This document shows positions 21,430-32,910 of a stretch of DNA of 64,000 nucleotides, in pieces; the stretch's first letter is position 1, and each line of letters starts with the position of its first letter. The stretch lies in assembly GCA_048013815.1 (NCBI GenBank), contig CM106585.1, positions 11,160,001 through 11,224,000 of the forward strand, read 5' to 3'. The translations under genes were made by a program, and so were the position numbers. The stretch is from Setoptus koraiensis. Taxonomy: Eukaryota; Animalia; Arthropoda. The notes beneath the pieces were generated by a model, which worked only from the letters and a program-made list of their open reading frames with translations, did not search any database and had not been told where the DNA came from.

Positions 21430-23094
21430 ATGGCCACAAGAATCGTGACACACTTGCCAAACGGCAGCACGTTCGCATCGGACCCAACTGAATGCACAAC
21501 AACATCCGGTTGCCGGAACAAGCACAGGTAAGTTGTAACTCGTTGCTGCTGCCAGATATATGTCATGTGTCATATGAACATATGACACACATGGACACAC
21601 AAACAGAACTGATGATTAATTATCTTTGAAACAACAATGATTGATTTAGTTCAAGTTGGCGCATAGTTGGTATAGGGCGCATAGCTGCGCTCAGATGTTA
21701 TCCGTCAGCTAATTAGCGGCAAACAACTGTCAAGTGGTCAACTGTAATTATCATTGGGTAAACCAATTGATTAACATTGAGTGAACCAATTAATTAATCA
21801 TCGCCAATTAATTATTAATAACAACACATTAATAATTAATGGCCAGTTTATGACTAGTGATGATGCAATGGCCAATGAAGTAAGCCAGTGCCAATTGATC
21901 AATTGTTGATAATTAAATTAGCCAATCAATTCAATGATGCAACTGTACTGTATTATATAATGAGTAATCTCTGAATATTTGTTGTTTATTGTTTACTTTT
22001 TATTATTGTTTTTATTATATTTTTATAAATGTTATGCAATGCGAAAAAAACATATTGCTCTAAATTAATTATTGCTTTAAATTAATTAATTAATTAATCA
22101 ACAGCCAACATTCTTTTAATAGAACAGGCAAGAGCAAACTGGTGACACATAACACATTGCTTTGCGCGCTGCTAATGATCACCTGTTCATGCATACTAAT
22201 TAGTTTATGTGATGCAACTCAATCAATTTCAACAGCGCCAGCAAGCGGCAAAACAAGGAAACATTCTGCTTCGCCAAAAGCCACCTTCATTAAGATTCAC
22301 AATCAACAAAAGAGTTTATCATCATTATCGTCATCATCGTCACCCTTTCATTCAAGTCCAATCAAGTTTATATCGATAAAACGAGCTGTGGTAGGCCAAC
22401 AGCAACAACAAAAGCAACCAACCAAAGATGACACAAAATCAATAGCGTCAATTAGCGACAACACCAAGCAATCGCTCAAGCCTACTGAATTTGCCACCAG
22501 TGACCACAACCAATTGACCAGCAGTGATTCACCTGCACCTGTAACAATTAATTCTGTTTCGAAACAATTGGCGGCCACTATTATTAGTGCGGCAGCTTCA
22601 ACTTTAGCACAAACTGCCACAGAATCCGTATTGAAGGCAGTTCAAACCGGAAGCGGCGCCGGAAGTGCGCATGCAATTAAGCGACCCTCAAAAATATACA
22701 ATCTGCCGGTGAAGTTTGTCTCTAATGGTCAGCCGACCAATTTTGTCATGGGTGAGTTGTCATGGCTCAGTCAAAATATCGATAATTTTCTCATGTCAAA
22801 CACGTTTTCTCAATGCTTTCCAATGCAAATTTATTTACATTTATTTACGTTTATTTACGTTTATTTATCCATCTCAATCCGTTCATCGCCATCGACGAAA
22901 CGACAGGATTGAAACAACATTTGGCCAGCATTAAAAAATCGTCAGCGAAGAACCAAAAAAATTCCGCCAAGAAGACAACGAACAACAAAATGGGCAAGAC
23001 GCCCGTTTTCAAGCCCAATTCTAAATTTATCTATTTACCCCTGAAGTATTTGTCGAATGCCAAGCCGTATGCGGTGAAAAAGGGCGAATATTAG
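21430..23094 (+). CDS. Putative secreted or signal-anchored Ser/Thr/Lys-rich protein, about 304 aa, with a duplicated C-terminal motif; exons 21430-21527, 22123-22751, 22907-23094
   Basis: Phase-compatible junctions CACAG|GTAAGT (phase 2), TAATAG|A, ATGG|GTGAGT (phase 1) and GACAG|GA give 915 nt in frame. Hydrophobic TLLCALLMITCSCILISLCDA segment. Motif copies SKIYNLPVKFVSNGQP and SKFIYLPLKYLSNAKP. Start codon uncertain (alternative at 21328). Confidence 0.65.
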
Positions 23095-24725
23095 AGATGC
23101 CGGCCGGATTGCCAGGATTGTGATGAGTGTATGCAACGATAAAAGGAGAAAGAGAGCGAGAGAGAGGTAATGAATTTGATGAAATTTCAATGTATCTTAT
23201 ATGTATGCAGACTTGCATTTGGATCAAGCTCACCGACTCAAAAGAATCGATCTGACAATGATGTTCAGTCTGACAGCACATGTAAACGTGTCAAATGTCA
23301 CACATGCAAACAAACAAACAATTATGATTATTATTTATATATTACGTGCAATGGATGAAACGTATAATTACCGGTATTGTATATGCACGTCAACTGTCAG
23401 CAAGCAAGTCTTTTCAATGTCAAAATAATCAAAGTTTAAAAGTTAATAGTTGATTGCGTCGTTATTATATATATACATATATATTATTCAATTATACCCT
23501 GCATCGTATTAAATAACCATTGATGTAGAAGCCTATAATTTAAATTAGAATTGTGGTACGCTCTTTGGCCTCCAATCGAGCTATAGATTGTTATAGCAAT
23601 GGTAGACGGTCGCCTTGTTTTTGAGGCGGTGTCGCAATACATCGTCAGTTGCTATAAATATAAATAATAATAATAAACAACAAAGTGAAAATAATTTAAA
23701 TTTACAGTCTGTCACGAACAGCTCCCGCTTGAATGATCTTCGGGTCCTCAAACTCAAACGGGCCTCAACCGGGTTGTTGGTGGGTGTTGTTATTGCTGCT
23801 ATTGATGATGTGAACAACTCGTGCGGCACAAGCACAATTCATGCAATCTAGTGAGTGATTGATTCTGTTGCTGTTGCCATAGGAATTCAAAACCGGAAGC
23901 TGCTTTCCAAGTCGCTCAATTTCGCGCCACGTTTATCTTTAGAGCCAACTAACTCGTAATATCACCATACTTACTTAAGTGATCCATTGAGCTATCAGCG
24001 CAAACGAGGACAATGTGATAGCCAATCGATCACCTATTCGTTTCACCACAAACAACAAGTTTCAAACAAACAAGCGACTGATGGCGCAGGTCAAATCACG
24101 TTGAGCAAATTGTAACAGCTAGACTGAATTTGAATCGAAGCGCTCGATACTCGAATATATCGCCAACATTTCGTTCTCAAGAAAATACCATAAAAATATC
24201 GGCTATTAGCGCCCAAATCAACAGCTTCACAGTGAAACAATAATGACAACAACTCTTCGAAATAATGTGCCAGAAACGATGTTGAAAAAGAGTCTTCTCG
24301 TTCGAATGCCTCACTGAAGATGAGAGGTTCGATTTTCCGACAACTCCAATTTAAAGAGGCCATCAATTTACAGCAAGCAACAAACACTGATTCTTCTGGG
24401 CTACAGATGGCGCCACCGCTAGCGATTTTTCCATTGTGAGCCCTGAATCATCGTCGTCTCTCGACTATCTCGATCTTTCGAGATTCAATAATTAATTAAT
24501 ATTTTTCGAAATTAATTATGTTAGCCGGACAATATAGCAGATATTTGGCATGAAACGTCTTCTCTTTCTGTGACAATTGATGCCATGTTGTGTTTGAAGA
24601 ACGTTGTTAGACGAGCAATGACAGGTGAAGACTCGAAGTGACTCGAAGTGACTCGAAGTGACTCGCGGTGATCGCCGAAATAGACTAACAAATAAATTGC
24701 AAAATCGCTCATTTTTTCGCGCAAA

Positions 24726-26127
24726 ATGTTTACCGGCCAGCCAGACGAGAGGCGAAACATGAGAAAAGTAGCGCGAGCCGACAGCCGCATGAGCGACCAA
24801 ATGGACGCCATGGAGGACGATCGGCTCACCATGAGGGCGCTGATAACGTTCTTCTTGAGGCGCTGGTTCACCCTCACCAATGTCATCGAGTTGCTGCTGG
24901 TGGCCAGCTTGATCGCCTGTTGCTCGTATCAGTGCTACGAGATATTGGACGAGTATTACAATTATCCGACCGCGGTGAAAATAGCCGAGCAGGCAAACGG
25001 AAACTTTTACGAGGACGTGCCAGCCATCACGATATGCAACAACAACAAGTATTCGCGCCAGAAGATAAAGCAAAAATTTCCGCACATATACGCGAAAATG
25101 CTCGACTTTGAGCAGCGTCTCACCAAGAGCGAAAGCTTCGGCAAGGGCCTGCAACAGGGCCTGCGAATTCAGGAGATGCTCAACCTGTTCAAAGTGGACG
25201 AGTTTCGCGCCAACCACAAGCCGGCCCCCAAGATGGCGCCCAATCAAACTGAGCGCGGCGAGCGCGTTCCAATCGCGACCAACGCCACTCACCTGGCCGC
25301 CAATGGCACAACTAGTTACGCAATCAATAACACAACCAATTACGCGACCAATCGCACAACCAGTTACGCAACCAATTACGCAAACGGCACTGGGCCGGTC
25401 GGCGAGCCAAACGCAAGCGCAGCGGCGTCGCCCGAACAAGCAACAGAAGCGGAAGAACAGCCGGACAGTTTGGAGTTTCTTAATTGGACCCAATTAGAGC
25501 GCGACATGGGCAACGGAACCATCAGCGGCACCTATCGGTACGCGCCCGATTACGATCTCATGGACGAGATCGATTGCGCCACCATTTGGGGCATCAAGAT
25601 AAAATGTCGCAACGTGGAACGAATAGAGACCATTCAGCCTGGCCAGCGGATTTGCTATACGATATTTCACGATGCCATAATGGAACAGGTTGAGTTTGCC
25701 GAACGCCGACTGATGGCGCGCTTGTCGTCGAGCAGCGATCATCAGCAGTCAAGCCAACGACAAACCATCAGTCAGCAGCAGCGCAATTTGGAGGAGCACG
25801 CCGGCGAGCACAATCGCAAAACGGAACAAGACGTTCCTGTGACACTGTCAACTTCCGGTGCAGGCGCACCGCCTAATAACGGCAAGCGAATGCAACAAGC
25901 GGCCTCTCATGTGCCAAACAATAATCTTTTTTCGCAAATGAAGGTGTTCGAACACAACGAGATATTGCGCATTCACGTGAACTTCTCGCGCGACGATTAC
26001 GGCGACATTCTCGAGTCCATTGGGGCCAGCCTGACGGTGGGCCCGCGAAACGCCGTCGGCGACCGCAGTCACGTCTCCTACGAGATGAGGCCCGGCAACT
26101 GGTACGAGTACTACATCGAGCGGGCAG
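24726..26127 (+). CDS. DEG/ENaC gene exon 1 (TM1 and N-terminal ectodomain)
   Basis: WFTLTNVIELLLVASLIACCSYQCYEILDEYYNYPTAVKI, DVPAITICNNN; donor GCAG|GTGAGC. Confidence 0.88.
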
Positions 26128-29100
26128 GTGAGCTTCATTTCGGTGATCGCACTGATTCAAATTGATCGTCGTTTTCGCAAACTGTTGCGCCGTTGGCCGC
26201 TCTCGAGACGCTCGACACTAATTGATTACTATCACTAATTACCGATTTATACCGATTTAATTCATCTAATTCGCATCATCTGGCGACATGTCGGCGATCG
26301 TGTCGGCGATCGTGTCGGCGCAGACTACCAGCGACTGCCGTACCCGTACGAGTCAAACTGCCACGGCTACCTGAAGAAGAAATTCAACGAGGAGCAAATG
26401 GCGCAGCGCATCCTCGAGGACGAGGCCCAACTGGTGGACGAGTCGCAAGTGGTGGAGGACGGCTCAAACATCGATCTGGGGCCCGGCGCCGATTTGAAGG
26501 AGCCCGCCTATTGGTCGCTCACCGTGGACCCGCACACCGACAAACGGGCCCTCATGGACCGCACATTTGGTCGGGTAAGTCAACGGAGACAAATCGAGAT
26601 AATTGGACTCATAATTGTAATTGCAATTGTCAACCAGTTACTGTTCAACCAATTACTGGAGCAAGTTGTTGCAAGGTGGCGCTTGAAGTGTCTGCTTTTT
26701 CGGGCGCCAGGGTGAGCCATGGTCGCCAACAGGTTGCAACATATGCTTTTATGTTTATTTCGCCATGTTGCGCCGAGCCCCTCGAATGTTGGCCGCTGAT
26801 TGAGAGCACAACAAATCTGACAAATCAATCAGCGAGTCGACTTATGCAAATCAGCTTCACATTGGGGCCTGTGTGATGTGAGCAGCGTAATTGTTTGTGC
26901 TCGCTGGCTGGCGGCTTGAGCTGACCGGCTGACAGGCCGGCCGTTGCCAGACGTGAGTATGTTTATAGGTTGGCTGACACGGGCCGGGCCTGTCAGCGAA
27001 ACGGACTCAATGACGGACTCCTGTCCCGTCATTGAGATCCTCCGCGAGGGCAGCAGAAAGCGCGCCAGCGACCGCGCCGGCAACCACGACAACGCCGGCT
27101 GTTCGTGAGGTCGCTTCTGACAGCGATCATACAAAATCATGAGGGTGACGGCGGGCAAAAGTGGCCAGTTGAGCAGTTTGATTTTCAATTAAAATTCGCA
27201 CAATCGGCGTGTGTGCGCCGGTAAACGATGCAACACGATGCAAGCGACCGCCAGCATCCCCGGATAATGGCGGCCCGATAATGGCGGCCGGATAATGGCG
27301 GCCGGATAGTCGAGAGACGGCGCCGGATAGTCGAGAGACGGCGGCGGATAATGGCGACGCATCGATCACAATCGGAGCGCCAGAGAAACTCGAGCAACTG
27401 TTGCCTTTGTTGCGGGCCGGGCCGACGGTGTCCATTGTGGTCGCTGGCCGGCACGTCGAGCCAACGGGATAGGGGCTTCGATCGTGACCATTGTTCGATT
27501 TGTGCCGGCGCGGCCGGCAGCCCGAGCTGGCGTCGGAGCGGCTATCAGTTCTGGCGATCTCGACGAGCCGCTCGTCGGGCCGCTCGTCGACTCGCTCGGG
27601 CCGGTCTGGCCATCCTGTCGTCCGGCCTGCGCCGACTCACTTCAGCCATTACGTATGCGTTATCGTTGGTGGCGCCATCATTGCGTCGACAAGCCGACGA
27701 GCGGCCCGATTTAGAGCGGCTCAGGTTGTTGCCGGTGTCGTTGTTGTTGTCGTCGTTGTTGCCGGGCTGTCGGTGCGTTGGGTGGGGCGAATTGAGGCCA
27801 GCGGCCAAGCGGAGCTAACGAGTGGCAAGTTGCGAGTCGCCAGAGGATAAGTGGACGTCGACAGCGGCACACAGCCAGAGATGGCGTAGGCAAGATAAAC
27901 AACATTCGGACCGGATTGCGGGATAGGCGCACACTGACGGCTCCACTCAACAGGTCGCCGGCTGTGGCGCATTTCGCTCGCCTCTGTCCGACAGAGTCTG
28001 TCGGCTTGCCAAGCGCGGCTGTCCGACGATGCCCGACGATGCCCGACGATGCTATCGCTTATTGCGCGGACTCGGCTTCGCGGGCGCTCTAATTATTCGC
28101 TAGTCATTGCGTGTGCCTCAATTACCCGTATGCTGGCGCCACTTAGCGACCGATGTGTCCACTTGTTGCCGCTCGCCGGCCACAAAGCTGTCCGGCCGGC
28201 TACCATGGGCTCGTCCGTCGGGCGATAGGGCGATACAAATCGAGACAAACACTGGCCAATTGAGTGGCCGCAATTAGCCCGGCGTCGGCCTGTTGCGCAA
28301 CACGGCCGCTTGTTGCGGGCCGGCGGGTCGGTCCGTCGGCCCGTATAGGTCTCGCGTACAGACTGCGCGGTGCGTTGCTATTGTTTCTGGCGATGTTCTG
28401 GCGAGCTCGATCAATCATTGGCCAATGGTGATCGAGCCGATCGGCGCCGCACAAATATAGAGTTACGCAACTCGCCTTGGTCAGCTGATCGGCTGGTCGG
28501 TTGTGTTGCGGCGGGCAACAACAGCAGCAACAACAACAACAACAACAGCAGCAACAACAGCAACAACAACAAAATTGGGCATGCAATTCAGAGTGTCATA
28601 ACAACAATAACAATCGATTTGCTTCAGCTGGTCGCTTCGTTGTGACGCAATACTTACGTCAGTGGATGCGCTCTCTCGAGTGGCCGCACTTCGCAATGAG
28701 AAAATCTCATTGTGTGTTTAAACACTGGGCTGGGCACACTCGACTGGCTCACCCATTCATTATGTAACTTGTCCAGTGGCTATTTGGCTCTAATCGAGTG
28801 GCGGCCACGTTGAAACTTGTTTTGGTTATATCGTATTTGCTGTGTTGCTTGCATAGGCAGTGGCGCTGGCTCGCCAACCGGCGATTTGATACGATCCAAT
28901 GGCCGATCGCACATGCCCGTTGGACGCAATCTCGGCGGCATCTCGATCTGGATTTGATTTGATCGGATCGGATCTGATCTGATCCAATTTGGTCCGATCC
29001 GATCCAATCCGATCAAATTAGATCCGATACAATTGTTGGCATGCGCTCGCCGTGAAAGCCATCGTCAAAGTCCCAACCAATCGGATCGCACTCAATCCAA

Positions 29101-29384
29101 TTGGCCCAGTCTGGCGCTGTCACCGGATAATTGGACGGCGCTATTTGGCAACGGCATTTGCCAACCGCTTGTTGTAATGACACACAATTGTCATTATTGT
29201 CTCGCCAATGTCACTGCTACAACAACACATTCGCTATGGTCGCTTGTTGCGTCATTTGGCGCTTGTTGCGTCAGTTGGCGCTTGTTGCGCAACAGGCTGA
29301 ACAGGTCACACACGGACACACATTGTTGTGGCGAAGTCGTGATGTAAATAGGCGCTCATTTGCACCGCTTGCCCTGGTGCGTGC

Positions 29385-29436
<52 letters not shown>

Positions 29437-32400
29437 ACGATACACGGCCTATGCGACATGGGCCGCCAATACACAAATTGGTGCCTCCGTCGTGACGTTT
29501 GTCGTGCCATTCGGAGCAACATTCGAGAAGCGCCACTTGCGCTCCGACGTCGAACGAGTGCCGCTCGCTTTCCGTTTCCATTCGAAATTCGAACTCGGAG
29601 TTCGAAACTCGCAATTCGCAATTCGAAATTCTAAACTCGGAGTTCGAAACTCGAAAGCTTCGAACTCCGAAGCTCGGAATTCGAAGCGAGCTGCGGCAAC
29701 AATTAACCGTTAACTGGACACTCACCGAAACGGGCTGTCGGCCAGCTGATTACGCCAATCACATCATACCGGCATCATCAGCTGATCCGCGCCGTATATT
29801 ATGCGTCTGTTACGCCGTCTTGTATCACTGCTAATTTGTCAGTGAGCATCCTATTGCGACCGGTTTTGTGGTCGCTGACGCGACTTCCGGTCGGCTCGCA
29901 GTCACTCAAAGGCTTTGAGTCGAAGCGGCGCTGACGGCGTGCCGGGCCGAGCGCGAGCACCGGCGGCTAATTAGCTCGCGTTATCTCATCTTCTGGCGCT
30001 TACCCTGCAGGATGCGGCGCTTGTGACATGCGAGCAGCATCTGGTCAGTGTGCCGGTCGCCGGGCCGGTCAGTTGGTGTCGGCCCATCAGCGGTGATTGC
30101 CGGTTGGCCGTCGCGCAGTTTCGGGCAGTCTCGGGCAGTGTCGGGCAGTGTCGGGCAGTGTCGAGCGGAGCGGACAGGCTCGGGCGGCGCGGACAAGCGT
30201 GCCCGACTTTTTATGCCCCCGATCGGGCACGAAAAGAGCGAAAAGCATAAAAAGCGCAGCGAATGAAAGGGCCATTTCTGCTGTTATCGTCCCGAATGGG
30301 TGGTCGTTCTCGTTTAGTGCCCACTGGCGAGCCTGCTGGCATTTTTGCAACTTGTCGGTGCGGTTGTCGCCAGTTAGCGCCGGTCGGCGGTGTCCATTGT
30401 GGCGCCTGTTGGCGCACATTGGTGTTTATGGCTGCCCGTTGGTGCGCGCCCGGTGCGTGTCGGGTCCGCTCAAGTGCGCCGCTGTCCGTGGGTGTCCATT
30501 GATGTTTATTGATGGAGTGGCCGGGGCAAAAAGTCGGCCGAACAGTCGGGCAAAAAGTCGGGCAAAAAGTCGGGCGAGAAGTCGGGCAAAAAGTAGCGCG
30601 TCGACACGGCGCACTGTGCCGTTGGGCACCGCCGGCAGCCCGACACGCCGGCAGCCCGACACGCCGCCAGCCCGACACGCCGGCAGCCCGACACGCCGCC
30701 AGCGGCCGGATAACGCTCTCTAGCGGCCAGATGCGGCGCACAGATAATGGCCAGTGTCGAGTGGGGCACGGGCACTTGTTGGCCGCTAGTCGGGTGGTCG
30801 CGAGCGGCGATTGTTGTTTGCGCGGCCAGCACAAATTGTTGTTGTCGCTGAAGTGGCCGAAATGATCGCTGCCGGTCGCTGTCGGTCGCCGCCGAGCGGG
30901 CGGAATTCTCGCCGCTCCAGCGACCGTTGGCCAGTGTCGCCCCAATAATTGAGTGGTCAAACAGGGACTGACGCGGCCACACGTTGGCGCACACACGCAG
31001 CGGCGGCGCCAAAACGATAATCAACAGTTGTCCGTTTGTGCAACCACTCTAATGAGCGCGACCTCGCTCAATTGGCTCGAGAGGCGCTGCCGGCCGAAGC
31101 GTCGGGCGTTCCTTTGGCCACTGTGCGACTCGGCGTTCGACGGCCGCTGACCAGCCGACGACGGCGTTCGACGAGCAGCCGCGTTCGACGGGACGACGGC
31201 GTTCGACGCGAGAACGGCGTTCGAAGAACGCCCTGCGCCGCGGTGCGTGCGTTCCGCTGCGCTGGCCAGCGTCGGTGTGTGTGTGTGTGTGCCACCAACG
31301 ACGATCTCCTCGGCCGTGATTGAGATGTCGGCCACCACCCAGGCGACGTCTCAATTGCCAACTCGATTCTCTCATTAGGATTAGCAGCGGGATTACGGCG
31401 ATGCCGCCAGTTGTGCCGTTTCGAACGCCAATTTCGAATTCGAACTGCGAGTGCGAACTTGGAATTGGAATTGGAATTGCCGATGCGAGCTCGAGCTGCC
31501 TTTCGAATGCCTGACTGACGGTTCGAATTCGAATGGCCGAAGCGGTGCCAATTGGACGGCAGGGCGAAATTCGAGCCAGAGCCAACTGCGAGCGGACGGT
31601 TGGCCGTCCCGTGACTTTGGTGGGCCGCCAAGCGGCGGCCCGGTGGCGAGGTGGCCGCCACCAAAGTCATGAGCGTCATAGGTGGCCCGTCCGCAGCTAA
31701 TGACCGCCGCAGCAACAGGTACAGCAACAGCAACAACAGCAGCAACAACAACAGCAACAACAACAGCAACAACAACAGCAGCAACAACAGCAACGGGCCG
31801 GCGCGTATCAGCGCCATCTTGGCTTTGTTGTTGTTGGCCGGCCAGCGGCGTCGTCTTGTGTCGGGCCGGCTGATACTGAGCATAGCAAGTTGCCGATGTG
31901 AGCTGGCGGCCGGCGCACTGACAATTGGCAGCTCGCAGCGTTCGCGGCGCTCGCCATCGGGGCATTCGAAGCGGCCGTCGGCGTGCAGCCCGCAGAGAAC
32001 GCACAGCGCGCCGAGAGAAGCCCGACGACGCGGGCGACGCCGACAACGCCGACTAGGCCGAGGGCAGAGAGAGAGCAGCGAAAGAAGGCGCAAAGAAGGG
32101 CGAAAGAACGCGGAGCTGAATGGAGCGGTTCCATTGTGGAAGCGGCCGAGGTGAAGAGGGCACCTGGGCAGCGCCCTTGAGTGCGGCGCACGCGAACCGA
32201 GCGTCTGCGGTGTGTGTGATGTCTCAATCACGGCATGGTCATTTCGTTCTGGCTCCAAATGAACTCGCCATTGTGCCCATTGTGTGCAGTCGGTCGCTTC
32301 TCGTCGCTTCTTCTCCTCGTCGCTTCTCCGTTCTTCTCGGCCATTCGCGGCATTGTCCGCCGCCGTCGGCCGCTCTCCGAAGTTCTCCCAAGTTGTTCGC

Positions 32401-32817
32401 TGTTGTTGGCCGTTGTTCGCCGCTCTTGGCTGTTCTCTGCGTCGGTGTGCCACTGCAGACAACAGCCAACAACAGCGGCCTTGCTCGGCGCTCATTGGCG
32501 TCGCTCGGCGTTCTCGGCGACGCTGGCCACTTGCTGGCAGCGCGCAGCGCCAACGACATGCAAAAGAACGCCTCCCACTAGCCGCTGACCAGCCATTCTA
32601 GTGACCAGAAGATGCGCCATTGTTGCTGTTGCTGTCGTTGTTGCTGTCGTTGTCGTTGGTGCTGTTGCTGTTGTTGCCGTCGCTGTCGCTGCTGGCGCTG
32701 TTGTTGGTGCTGTTGTTGGCGTCGTCGTTGGCGTCGTTGTTGGCGTCGTTGTGCGAGCAGTGCCAAAGAACAATTCTCGTCTCGTTCTGGAGCAAAGGGC
32801 AGCGAATCTTCCCTGCG

Positions 32818-32910
<93 letters not shown>

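Noticed and set aside
23520-24400. Possible small spliced gene between the secreted-protein gene and ENaC (splice-like signals on both strands, ORFs 23581-23835 and 24091-24387)
   Set aside because: I could not build a phase-consistent model with a convincing product; it may be UTR exons of a neighbour.
24405-24420. CTCF-like words (CAGATGGCGC at about 24405; GCCATCTAGCGG at 40321; CACTAGATGGC at about 40474)
   Set aside because: Partial matches that are expected by chance in GC-rich DNA and overlap the YY1-type ATGGC word; not supportable without ChIP data.
24516-25493. 325-aa minus-strand ORF
   Set aside because: Antisense shadow of ENaC exon 1, caused by its C/G-ending codon bias; no recognisable motif.
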